This document shows, one piece after another, positions 19,316 through 28,068 of a stretch of 64,000 nt of DNA (position 1 is its first letter; each line of letters starts with the position of its first letter). Source of the stretch: Candidatus Poribacteria bacterium (GTDB lineage Bacteria; Poribacteria; WGA-4E; WGA-3G); contig OZ251518.1 in assembly GCA_965242965.1 (NCBI GenBank), forward strand, positions 4,256,001 to 4,320,000, in the 5' to 3' direction. The translations under genes and the position numbers were made by a program. The notes below the pieces were generated by a model. That model ran no database searches and was not told where the DNA came from. It saw nothing but the letters and a program-made list of their open reading frames with translations.

Positions 19316-20116
19316 ATGGCAAAGGAAACGACGCAATGTGATGGCATCCCAACTCATCCGTTTCCGCCCATGCGCCCCGCTGTCACAATTGTCGAGAGTT
19401 CCAAAAAAATCGTCGCGGTTGATTGTCCGGAACTCCAATGGTGGTTCGCTGTCCCTCGGCTCGGCGAACGTTATGTTTGGGCGACTTATGATGCCGAAAC
19501 GTTGCGACTCGCCGCCGTAACGGAATTGATTTCTACCACGCCTGCAACGATTCAGGACATTGCCTGTGTAGAAATCCGCGTGAAGGAATGGACGCATAAC
19601 GACTGGCCGGCATGCCCGGAATGGTTTTATGCTGTGCTAGACGAAGAATACACACGTTGGCTGTCCATCGCCTGGATGGAAGAGGGAAAAAAGGTTTCCT
19701 ATTCCCTCGGCGACGATGGGTTTGAAGGGCAGTGGGGTGAACTGACGCAACGGCGTATCGTTGACGATGGACGGTACCAACTTCAACCTGACGGTGCCTA
19801 TAGGCTTACTGACAAGCAGGGACTCGGCGCGGGGACTTATGACGTGACGATAGGTGAGAGAACCTTCACGTGTCTCCGCGTCTTGGATGTTGATATTTCT
19901 GAACCGCACGGGGGAGAACTTGCAGAAGTTTTCATTGAAAGCGGCGGCCGCACCGTTTTTTTTAGACGCTACGATGGACAACATCTCCGTGGACACGATT
20001 TGGTGAAGAAGTTTCCTAACAATCGCCGCATTGTGATTAACGATGTCACGTATGTCCACGCCGACTGCACTGGCTGGGCCCATGATACCGTTCCGGAGAT
20101 GGCACTTCGTCCATAA
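19316..20116 (+). CDS. Hypothetical protein
   Basis: RBS TAAGGAGG, 266 aa, globular composition; see findings. Confidence 0.75.
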   Translation: MAKETTQCDGIPTHPFPPMRPAVTIVESSKKIVAVDCPELQWWFAVPRLGERYVWATYDAETLRLAAVTELISTTPATIQDIACVEIRVKEWTHNDWPACPEWFYAVLDEEYTRWLSIAWMEEGKKVSYSLGDDGFEGQWGELTQRRIVDDGRYQLQPDGAYRLTDKQGLGAGTYDVTIGERTFTCLRVLDVDISEPHGGELAEVFIESGGRTVFFRRYDGQHLRGHDLVKKFPNNRRIVINDVTYVHADCTGWAHDTVPEMALRP

Positions 20117-20148
20117 AATGTTTGAACGATAAGGAGAACTATCTGTCC

Positions 20149-22362
20149 ATGATGACTTACCCGTATTACTTATCCGGATGGCGGGTGCTCAGAAAATGCT
20201 TTTTGCTGTCGTGTCTGTGGTTCGTATGTTCTCCCACTAATGGGGTAGATGCCCAGACTGCACCGCCAGAGCACCGCATTTCACCCCACCGAATCTCCGA
20301 GAGTATCAAGATTGATGGGAATCTTGACGAACCCGCTTGGCAAAATGCGGAACCGATAACGCAACTGTTGCAAATCCAGCCGAACCAAGGGGAGCCGATG
20401 ACAGAAGCGTCAGAAATACGGCTGCTTTACGATGAGAAGCATCTCTACTTCGGCTTCATCTTTTTTGATTCAGAGATGGATAAAATCGTTGCAAACGAGA
20501 TGCGCCGAGATGCCAGCGGTTTGCGTTCCAATGACTACGGTTTTTTGATTTTGGATACCTACAATGACAGGCGCAACGCTGTCTTCTTCCGTCTCACACC
20601 TCTCGGCGGCATGGAGGACACAGCGGTGTCAAATAGTGGCGATAGCCTCAACGGGAATTGGGATATCGTGTGGACGTATCGTGCCAAAATCAATGCGGAT
20701 AATTGGACAGGGGAGCTCGCTATACCGTTCAGTCAACTCCGTTTTGCGCGTAGCGATGTGATGACGTGGGGGATAAACTTCGGGCGTGATATCGCGCGGA
20801 AGCGGGAGATTGGCGCGTGGAATCCCGCGCCGAAGACTTACGGCCCCCTCGGAAAATACCGCACCGCCTATTTTGGTAGCCTTGAGGGATTAGAGGGCAT
20901 CTCGCCATCAGCGCACACGGAAGTGCTGTCTTATGTGTTGCCGGGGGCGAGTCACGTCAGGACAGAAACGCGAACCGATAGCGTGTTTGAGGCAGGGTTG
21001 GACCTCAAATACGCTATCACCTCAAATCTCACCGCGGATCTGACACTCAACACCGACTTCGCTCAAGTGGAGGCAGACGAGGAGCAGGTGAATCTCACCC
21101 GTTTCAGCCTCTTTTTCCCGGAGCAACGTCCCTTCTTTCTTGAAGGGGCTAGCCTCTTTGATGTCGGTGTGCCGCGTCCCAGTTTCCGTCGGCCGCCGCC
21201 TTTGCTACTTTTTTACAGCCGCCGGATTGGGCTTGCACAGGGCCGCGCTATTCCGATTATCGCCGGTGGCAAAATAGCCGGGAAAGCAGGGCCTTACGGC
21301 ATCGGGATACTGAACGTCTTCACCAACGAATTCCGGGAGGATGAGATTGATGAACCGCGCACGAATTACTCTGTCGTGCGCGTCACCCGCGACCTCTTCA
21401 GCGGTTCCACGGTGGGTGGTATCCTCATCAACAAGCAGGACGCGGATGCCTACAATCGCGCGGCGGTTCTCGATTTTGCCTATCGTCCGACGAGAAGTTT
21501 GGATATCCGTGGGCTGTGGGCTCGCACGTTTGAAGAAGAGGTCACAGCGCGGAACAACGCCTTCTATTTCGGTGGCGATTGGCAAAATAACCTCTTTCAG
21601 TTGGCTGGTTCCTATACGGACATCGGTGAGGATTTTAATCCGGCAGTTGGGTATGTTCGCCGCGGTGGCATTCGCCATATCCGCGGTGACATGCGTTACA
21701 CGCCGTGGCCCCGCAAGTTCGGGATTCGCAATATTGAGACGGGACCCGAGGTGGACTTTATTCTCAATCAAGAGAATGAGTTGGAAACCTTGGATGTTGT
21801 GTTGGATACCTCGTTTGAATTGGAAACTGGAGATAGCATTGGGTTTGACGTTCGGCATACGCGGGAGCATCTGGCGCAAGATTTTCACATCCAAGATGTC
21901 ATCATCCCCAGCGGCGACTACGATTTTACGACGGTTCAAGCATCGCTGCGCGCGAGCAGCAGTCGGAACATTTTCGGGGAACTGCGCGTCGAAGTCGGGC
22001 AATTTTTTGATGGCACTCGGCGCGGTTTTGCTATTGATGCAACGATGAAACCAACCGCGCGGCTGAGCATTCAACCGCTGTTGGAGTTTAACCGCATCAC
22101 GCTGCCTGCATCGGCGTTCAACGCCAGCATTTTCGGCGGACGGATCAGTTATTCCTTTTCGACAACCCTTTTCACCAAGTTGTTCGCGCAATGGAGTAGT
22201 GACAGGGAAGTGATGTCTACCAACATTTTATTCAACTACATCTACCGTCCTGGCAGCGATTTCTACCTCGTTTTCAACCAGAATTACGATACAGGCGAGG
22301 GAAGTTTAGCGTTATTGGACTGGACCATCGTTGGGAAGGTGACGTATTGGTGGAATCCTTAA
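20149..22362 (+). CDS. CBM9-like domain plus DUF5916 outer-membrane barrel-like protein
   Basis: IKIDGNLDEPAW, LDTYNDRRNA, WTGELAIPFSQLRF, TLNTDFAQVEADEEQVNLTRFSLFFPEQRPFFLEG, FYSRRIGL; beta-strand C-terminus KVTYWWNP. Start could be 20122 or 20149. Confidence 0.85.
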   Translation: MMTYPYYLSGWRVLRKCFLLSCLWFVCSPTNGVDAQTAPPEHRISPHRISESIKIDGNLDEPAWQNAEPITQLLQIQPNQGEPMTEASEIRLLYDEKHLYFGFIFFDSEMDKIVANEMRRDASGLRSNDYGFLILDTYNDRRNAVFFRLTPLGGMEDTAVSNSGDSLNGNWDIVWTYRAKINADNWTGELAIPFSQLRFARSDVMTWGINFGRDIARKREIGAWNPAPKTYGPLGKYRTAYFGSLEGLEGISPSAHTEVLSYVLPGASHVRTETRTDSVFEAGLDLKYAITSNLTADLTLNTDFAQVEADEEQVNLTRFSLFFPEQRPFFLEGASLFDVGVPRPSFRRPPPLLLFYSRRIGLAQGRAIPIIAGGKIAGKAGPYGIGILNVFTNEFREDEIDEPRTNYSVVRVTRDLFSGSTVGGILINKQDADAYNRAAVLDFAYRPTRSLDIRGLWARTFEEEVTARNNAFYFGGDWQNNLFQLAGSYTDIGEDFNPAVGYVRRGGIRHIRGDMRYTPWPRKFGIRNIETGPEVDFILNQENELETLDVVLDTSFELETGDSIGFDVRHTREHLAQDFHIQDVIIPSGDYDFTTVQASLRASSSRNIFGELRVEVGQFFDGTRRGFAIDATMKPTARLSIQPLLEFNRITLPASAFNASIFGGRISYSFSTTLFTKLFAQWSSDREVMSTNILFNYIYRPGSDFYLVFNQNYDTGEGSLALLDWTIVGKVTYWWNP

Positions 22363-22509
22363 TGGCGGGGGCCAGCCCCTCGCGGGTGTCTCAGGTACCG
22401 TAGCGCGGGGGCCTGTCCCCCGCGATCTTCCGATAGACCGCGGCATGGCGAGGGACAGGCCCTCGTCCTACGTGAAGGGGCGGCGTTTTTTTATTCCATC
22501 ATTTTCTCC

Positions 22510-22538
22510 TTGACAAATTTATTTGGATAATGTATCCT
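22510..22538 (+). promoter_or_regulatory. Sigma70-type promoter for the Rpn-like gene
   Basis: TTGACA-17 bp-TATCCT. Confidence 0.6.
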
Positions 22539-22603
22539 ATTAATAGCAGCCGTCCCAAACGCGAGCGGCATGTATTTAATCCATTTTTTCAACAGGAGGG
22601 TTT

Positions 22604-23512
22604 ATGGTATCTTTTGACAGTGCCTCGAAACGCGTCATGCAACTGCATCCACGCGATTTCGTGGCCTTCGCCTTCAACCTACGAGGCATTCGCCCCGATG
22701 AGTTCTCCGACGTAGAACTCATCACGCCGGAACTTCCCGCCGTGGATATGCGCCAAGCGGATGTGCTCATCAAAGTGAACCTGCGCGGGACAGATGTGTT
22801 GGTGCATTTCGAGATTCAGACGACAGATAGTTTCGATCCGCCGATGGCCCTGCGAATGGCGGGGTATATCATCCGGTTGATAGAGAAATATCGGATGGAT
22901 GTGTATTCGCATGTGATTTATCTGCGGCCGGATGCCGGTGTGCAGGATGTGGGTTTCTTTGCTCAGGAGATTGTCGGGCATCAGGTGTTGATAGAATACG
23001 AAGTTATCCGCTTGGCCGATTTGGAAGGGCAGGCGATTCTGGATGCGCAGCTGCCCGGTTTGTTGCCGTTCACGCCGTTGATGCGGCCGGCGGCAGATGT
23101 CTCTGCTGATGCTTGGCTTCAGCGATGCATTGAAGCCGTTGATAGTCTGTCTGTGCCGCACAAGTTGGACCTGTTAGGTAGTTTGGCGGCGTTGGCCAGC
23201 GCGATTTATGACATTGCGACGATTTCCGAGATGATAAGGAGGACAACGATGGAAGCGATACCGATTGTCGAATACTGGGGCGCGCAAGCCGCAAACGAAC
23301 GCTCGCGGGAACATATCCTGGAGTTGCTGGAAGCGCGGTTGGATCCGGATGTTGCGGTTGCGTTCAAGCCGGCGTTGGAATCGATTGAAAACGCGCAACT
23401 GCTGGCTGAGTTAGTGCGTGCGGCGGCCCTGGCCGATTCCGTGGCCGACTTCCAAAAGGTTTTGGATGCCACCAGCGATGGCGCAGGGAACGGTGCGGCC
23501 GGGCAAAGTTAA
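22604..23512 (+). CDS. Rpn family recombination-promoting nuclease / putative transposase (PD-(D/E)XK)
   Basis: FDSASK, RQADVLIKV..LVHFEIQT..MALRMAGY, HVIYLRP, YEVIRL, GLLPFTPLM; RBS AGGAGG; flanked by REP clusters. Confidence 0.8.
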   Translation: MVSFDSASKRVMQLHPRDFVAFAFNLRGIRPDEFSDVELITPELPAVDMRQADVLIKVNLRGTDVLVHFEIQTTDSFDPPMALRMAGYIIRLIEKYRMDVYSHVIYLRPDAGVQDVGFFAQEIVGHQVLIEYEVIRLADLEGQAILDAQLPGLLPFTPLMRPAADVSADAWLQRCIEAVDSLSVPHKLDLLGSLAALASAIYDIATISEMIRRTTMEAIPIVEYWGAQAANERSREHILELLEARLDPDVAVAFKPALESIENAQLLAELVRAAALADSVADFQKVLDATSDGAGNGAAGQS

Positions 23513-23537
23513 GCCGCCGCACCCGCACGCGCCTCGA

Positions 23538-23770
23538 TGACCGTAGCGCGGGGGTTTGTCCCCCGCGATCTTCCGATAGACCGCAGCATGGCGAGGGACA
23601 GGCCCTCGCCCTACGATGATAAAAAAGGTCTATTACACCGTAGCGCGGTGGCCTGTCCCCCGCGATCTCTCACGCGCGCGATACCCCCGGCGAGGGAAAC
23701 CCGCTCGCATGCGCGTGTGGCATGCGAGGGCCCAAGCCCTACGTGAAGGGCCGGCGTTTTTTCACCGATA
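23538..23770. repeat. REP-like cluster
   Basis: A/B hairpin pair nearly identical to those at 22397-22490 and 27784-27860. Confidence 0.85.
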
Positions 23771-23778
23771 AAAAATCC

Positions 23779-23866
23779 TTGACAAAAACGCCAAAATAAA
23801 TTAACATTAAAAATATCCTGCGACATGTGATTTTAATTTGACATTCCGCAGAAAATGTGGTATACT
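23779..23866 (+). promoter_or_regulatory. Tandem sigma70 promoters for the 24333 gene
   Basis: TTGACA-17-TAACAT (23779-23807) and TTGACA-17-TATACT with extended -10 TG (23838-23866). Confidence 0.75.
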
Positions 23867-24134
23867 ATTAACGTCTAAAGTATCTGGTGCAAGAATCTGT
23901 CAACTCGACCCGGTTGAGGCTAGAAATATGAACATTCTAACGTGTGCTCCCGACAATTCCATAACCGCGGCCCCGCCGCCGCGCCAATTGCACGCGCCGC
24001 ATCCGTGCAGGGGGAGTCTTGCATCGAGACCGCGATGGCGCGCCGATGATGCTGATGCACCAGAGATAAGGATTACCCCCCCCCTACACAAACGTTAACG
24101 ATTACGTATCTCTGCACGCGCAGACAAACCGAAC

Positions 24135-24252
24135 ACCCTCTTGGACAACGCTCCCGCAAAAGAGCCCCCAAGGGGCTATTTGTGTTGCACCGCATACCCT
24201 CTTGGACAACGCTCCTGCAAAGGAGCCTCCAAGGGGCTTTTCGCGTTGCACC
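24135..24252 (+). repeat. Two 57-bp direct repeats (61-bp period) with predicted nested stems in the 5' leader
   Basis: ACCCTCTTGGACAACGCTCCyGCAAArGAGCCyCCAAGGGGCTwTTyGyGTTGCACC at 24135-24191 and 24196-24252. Confidence 0.85.
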
Positions 24253-24332
24253 AAAATGATGATGACAGCGCGGTTGCAAACCGCGCCGCCAGGGGCTGCG
24301 TCAGCTCCCGAAGTCAAAAGGAGAAATGTTTC

Positions 24333-27300
24333 ATGAAATTATTGTTACACCTCGGCAGACCGCCCTGCCTTGCGATTCACGTGTTAGTGCTACTCGCGTG
24401 CTTTGCCTGCTGGGTGCCAAGCGCGGAAGCCCAGCAGCCCAACGTCGCGCCGACTATCAATCCTCCAACACCACAACCGACAGTGGATGAAAATACTTGG
24501 GGTATCATTGAGAGTTTGGTATCCTTGGTAACCGATCCTGATGACTCAATTGTACGTTTTGATGTCAGTGGGACGGATAGTGAGTTCTTTGATACTGACC
24601 CCGTTGATGATTGGACGTTGCACACAGCCGATGGCATCATCCTAGATTTCGAGAGGCCCGCAGACAAGCAGGTACCGGGAGCTACAGGGGAAGATGCCGG
24701 TGTTGCAGGAAATAACAAATACGTCTTGACCCTCACGGTGACAACCGGCACAGGGAATCGGGCACGCACTGCAAGCATAACGTTGACGGTTACAGTTGTG
24801 GATGATGACGATGATGAGCCGCCGTGGCGGCCCCAAAATCTGAAGGTGTCGGGTCCATGGAAGACCCCCCATCTACTGGTTGTAAAATGGGTGCCCGGGC
24901 CTCGCCCCTATCGCGATGGGACTACCCCTCCTCCGATACTGAGCCACGATGTTTGGTACAAGGAAGCGGGGAGTCCCACTTGGATACCCATGAATGTTGA
25001 AACCGGCACCGACACGACAGCCATGATTACCGAGTTGAGCGCGGGGGGCAGCTATGATGTCCAGGTGCGTGCTATAAACGAAGAGGGCAAAAGTGGGTGG
25101 ATACAAACAGATCGAAATGAGCCTGCGATGACTGCCAACAACGCCGCTCCGACGTTCACAACCAGTCGGACGACGTTCACCGTTAACGAAAACACCACGC
25201 TAGTAACGACTCTTGAGGCTACCGATGAGGATGTGGCTCCCACCGATCCGGATGAGGCGGATGCTGTCACTGAACCCCTCGCCGATACTGTCACTTACAC
25301 CCTCGGTGACACGGCAGATAAGGGGGCATTTGAGATTGATGAAGATACCAACGAACTGCGTTTCAAAGCCGTGCCGGACTTTGAGAATCCGGCAGATCTG
25401 GCGTTTGAAGATGCGACAGGTTCGGGCCGGGACAGTCCCGCGGGGGACAACGTGTATATCGTGGCTGTCACGGCGACGAGTGGTGAGGGTGCGCGGCTGT
25501 TGGCAGAAACGCAGTGGCTGACCATCACCGTCGCCGATGTGAAGGAACCGCTAGTTGAACGGTTTGCGTTGGTGCCGCCGCCTGCTGGGATATGGATCCC
25601 GGGGAGTGAGATCCGCTTCGAGGTCGCGTTTGACGATGATGGTGTTGACATTCCGGCGAACTTGGCGCGAGAAAATCGTCCGTTTCTCACGTTCTATTTA
25701 GGCGAGAGGACTGCGGCGAATAGTCGGCGCGCCTATTGGCAAGAACGGCGCGATGGGAATTCCACTATCGTGACGTTCGCTTACGAAGTGCAGGCGGACG
25801 ATTTCGCGACGGCTATCACGGTGGACGAAGAACGGGGCATCACGGTGCCGCCGGGGGTGACGATTCGGAATGGTGCGGGTGCTGCTGCGGCGACAACACC
25901 AGTTCGTGACGCGGAGGAACCGGGGGCATCGGCGGGGCAGTCTCGTCTCAATTTCCCAGAGTCGCAGCCCGCACGTCAGACAGGCGGGGGTGCGCAGCCG
26001 GCACCGTCGCCGACGCTGACGCAAGATATCTTCGTCGGCGTGCCCCTACTTATTCCGGAGACAGTTGACGAGAAGTTCACGGCATCAACGGTGCCACGCA
26101 CGCCGCTCATCTTCAACGAATTCGGCAATGGCGCAGATGCCACCAACGACTGGTTAGAACTCCGCAACGTCACCGGTGCTGCGGTATCGTTAAAAGACTG
26201 GGAGCTCAGCGTCGTGCAGAACGGCGAGAAGCAAGATGTTTCGCTCATCGTGTTTTCGGATGTGAGTGTGCCGGCAAATGGGCTGCTGTTGCTTACCCAC
26301 AGCAAACCGGCCGATACCCGGCTCGCCGCCGGTGATGACATTGCTAGCGATGGGAAGAACGGCGGATTAGCGCATCTGACTCTCGTGCATTCAGGGCTCG
26401 CGTTGCCGGATGACGGAAAGTTCCTATTGATTCTCCGCAATGCGAAGGACAAACTCGGTAAGAATGAGGCGTTCGTCGATGTCGCCGGTGGCGGCGGCAG
26501 CGTCACGGATGCATTCATTCGCGAGCAGGAAGGCAAATATGATACATACGTCTGGCCGTTGCAAGTGCTGCAGGCACCCGGTGAGGACACGGCAGCGGCA
26601 CTCGGTTCTGGCACAGTCTGGCAACGCGCCAAGGCGGACATTGTCGGTTACCACAAGGATGCATGGACGGAAGCGGCGTTCACAGGTTTAGGGTATGACA
26701 GGCAGGTGACACCGTCGGCGGCGTTCGGTGGCACGCCGGGGTATCCGAATGGCGCGGCGAAAGCGACAGTCGCAACTCCGAAAGGCAGTGTCACTATCAG
26801 CGAAATCATGGTTGATTCTGCCGGGGGCACGCTGCCGCAATGGATAGAGTTGTATAATAAGTCCAAAACCGAGGTATTGAATCTCAACCGTTGGAAGTTG
26901 GAGATTCAGAACGTGGCTACGGAAGAACTCATCGGCCGCCCGATTGTCACATTGACGCTAGGTGAAAAACTGCTTCAGCCGAATCAGACAGTGCTGATAG
27001 TCGCGGGGGAGGCGCGTGCTTCGTCACGTGCGCATCTGCCGGCGGACCGGATTTACAACCTGTTCGAGTTGCACCAGAAGAATCTCCGCGTGAAAACGCC
27101 GCGCGATACGTTCCTCAGTGCGGAAGGGTTCTATCTGAAACTCACCGATAGGGAAGGTGAGTTGGTAGACGAGGTAGGCAACACCGATGGAGATCGGCGT
27201 TCCGACGATGCGCCGGCGTGGGCATTGCCGCTGAGTGACGTTGAAGGTTCGCGGAGTTCGATAGTGCGGCGTTATGACAACGACGTTGCGCGGAATGGAA

Positions 27301-27773
27301 AGAAGCGCGCCAGTTGGGTCCTCGCCTCGCGCATCCGGGCGATTGATGGCGAACTCTACTACGGACATGCGAAGGACTTAGGCACGCCGGGCTGGCGCGC
27401 CGGTGGTGCATTGCCGGTGGAGTTATCCCGTTTCGCTGTGTCTCGCAACGATGCAGATGCGGTTGTCTTGACATGGGCAACCGAGTCGGAAGTTGATAAC
27501 GCCGGCTTCAATCTGCGTCGCAGTGAACGCCGCGATAGTGGTTTCACGCTCGTCAATTCTGCGTTGATTACGGGTGCCGGCACGACGGGTGAGCGTCAAA
27601 CTTATACGTTCACGGATACGTCGGCGAAGCCGGGAGTTGAGTATTATTATCAGTTGGAGGAGGTTTCGTTTGCGGGGAAGCCGCAGCTGTTATCGATGCG
27701 TTTCTTGCGCGGTCCCGTTTCTGCTGTGAATCGGCAGTTGCGGACGTTTGGGGAGGTGAAACGGCAAGAATAG
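24333..27773 (+). CDS. Giant secreted/surface protein: cadherin-like, FN3, cadherin-like, two LTD domains, LPVELSRF module and C-terminal tag
   Basis: Signal peptide (AEA/Q); cadherin motifs VDENT..DPD..LDFERP and VNENT..ATDED..PDFENP; FN3 (WYK..ITELSAGGSYDVQVRAINEEGKSGW); RBS AAGGAG before ATG 24333. Confidence 0.88.
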   Translation: MKLLLHLGRPPCLAIHVLVLLACFACWVPSAEAQQPNVAPTINPPTPQPTVDENTWGIIESLVSLVTDPDDSIVRFDVSGTDSEFFDTDPVDDWTLHTADGIILDFERPADKQVPGATGEDAGVAGNNKYVLTLTVTTGTGNRARTASITLTVTVVDDDDDEPPWRPQNLKVSGPWKTPHLLVVKWVPGPRPYRDGTTPPPILSHDVWYKEAGSPTWIPMNVETGTDTTAMITELSAGGSYDVQVRAINEEGKSGWIQTDRNEPAMTANNAAPTFTTSRTTFTVNENTTLVTTLEATDEDVAPTDPDEADAVTEPLADTVTYTLGDTADKGAFEIDEDTNELRFKAVPDFENPADLAFEDATGSGRDSPAGDNVYIVAVTATSGEGARLLAETQWLTITVADVKEPLVERFALVPPPAGIWIPGSEIRFEVAFDDDGVDIPANLARENRPFLTFYLGERTAANSRRAYWQERRDGNSTIVTFAYEVQADDFATAITVDEERGITVPPGVTIRNGAGAAAATTPVRDAEEPGASAGQSRLNFPESQPARQTGGGAQPAPSPTLTQDIFVGVPLLIPETVDEKFTASTVPRTPLIFNEFGNGADATNDWLELRNVTGAAVSLKDWELSVVQNGEKQDVSLIVFSDVSVPANGLLLLTHSKPADTRLAAGDDIASDGKNGGLAHLTLVHSGLALPDDGKFLLILRNAKDKLGKNEAFVDVAGGGGSVTDAFIREQEGKYDTYVWPLQVLQAPGEDTAAALGSGTVWQRAKADIVGYHKDAWTEAAFTGLGYDRQVTPSAAFGGTPGYPNGAAKATVATPKGSVTISEIMVDSAGGTLPQWIELYNKSKTEVLNLNRWKLEIQNVATEELIGRPIVTLTLGEKLLQPNQTVLIVAGEARASSRAHLPADRIYNLFELHQKNLRVKTPRDTFLSAEGFYLKLTDREGELVDEVGNTDGDRRSDDAPAWALPLSDVEGSRSSIVRRYDNDVARNGKKRASWVLASRIRAIDGELYYGHAKDLGTPGWRAGGALPVELSRFAVSRNDADAVVLTWATESEVDNAGFNLRRSERRDSGFTLVNSALITGAGTTGERQTYTFTDTSAKPGVEYYYQLEEVSFAGKPQLLSMRFLRGPVSAVNRQLRTFGEVKRQE

Positions 27774-27783
27774 CCGTTCTCAT

Positions 27784-28068
27784 TACCGTAGCGCGGGGGC
27801 CTGTCCCCCGCGATCTTCCGGTAGACCGCGGCATGGCGAGGGACAGGCCCTCGCCCTACGGAGCAGAAGATGTCCCATTACCGTAGCGCGGGGGCCTGTC
27901 CCCCGCGATCATTGGGGCGCGCGGACGATGGCGAGGGACAGGCCCTCGCCCTACGGTAATCAAGACCGGCTCGTCTTGGTAGGAGGGACATCCTTGTCCC
28001 GATAGGTGCATCGAGACCGGGAGGTCTCTCCTACCCGAAGAAGTCGAGACCAGAGGTCTCGCCTACGT
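27784..28068. repeat. REP-like cluster between convergent genes
   Basis: Two A/B pairs plus GGGACA-TCCT-TGTCCC and GAGACC-GGGA-GGTCTC hairpins. Confidence 0.9.

Noticed and set aside
22604-23512. Rpn-like gene as the REP-mobilising transposase or an IS
   Set aside because: It is a PD-(D/E)XK type with no HUH/Y1 motif, and it has no IS ends of its own.
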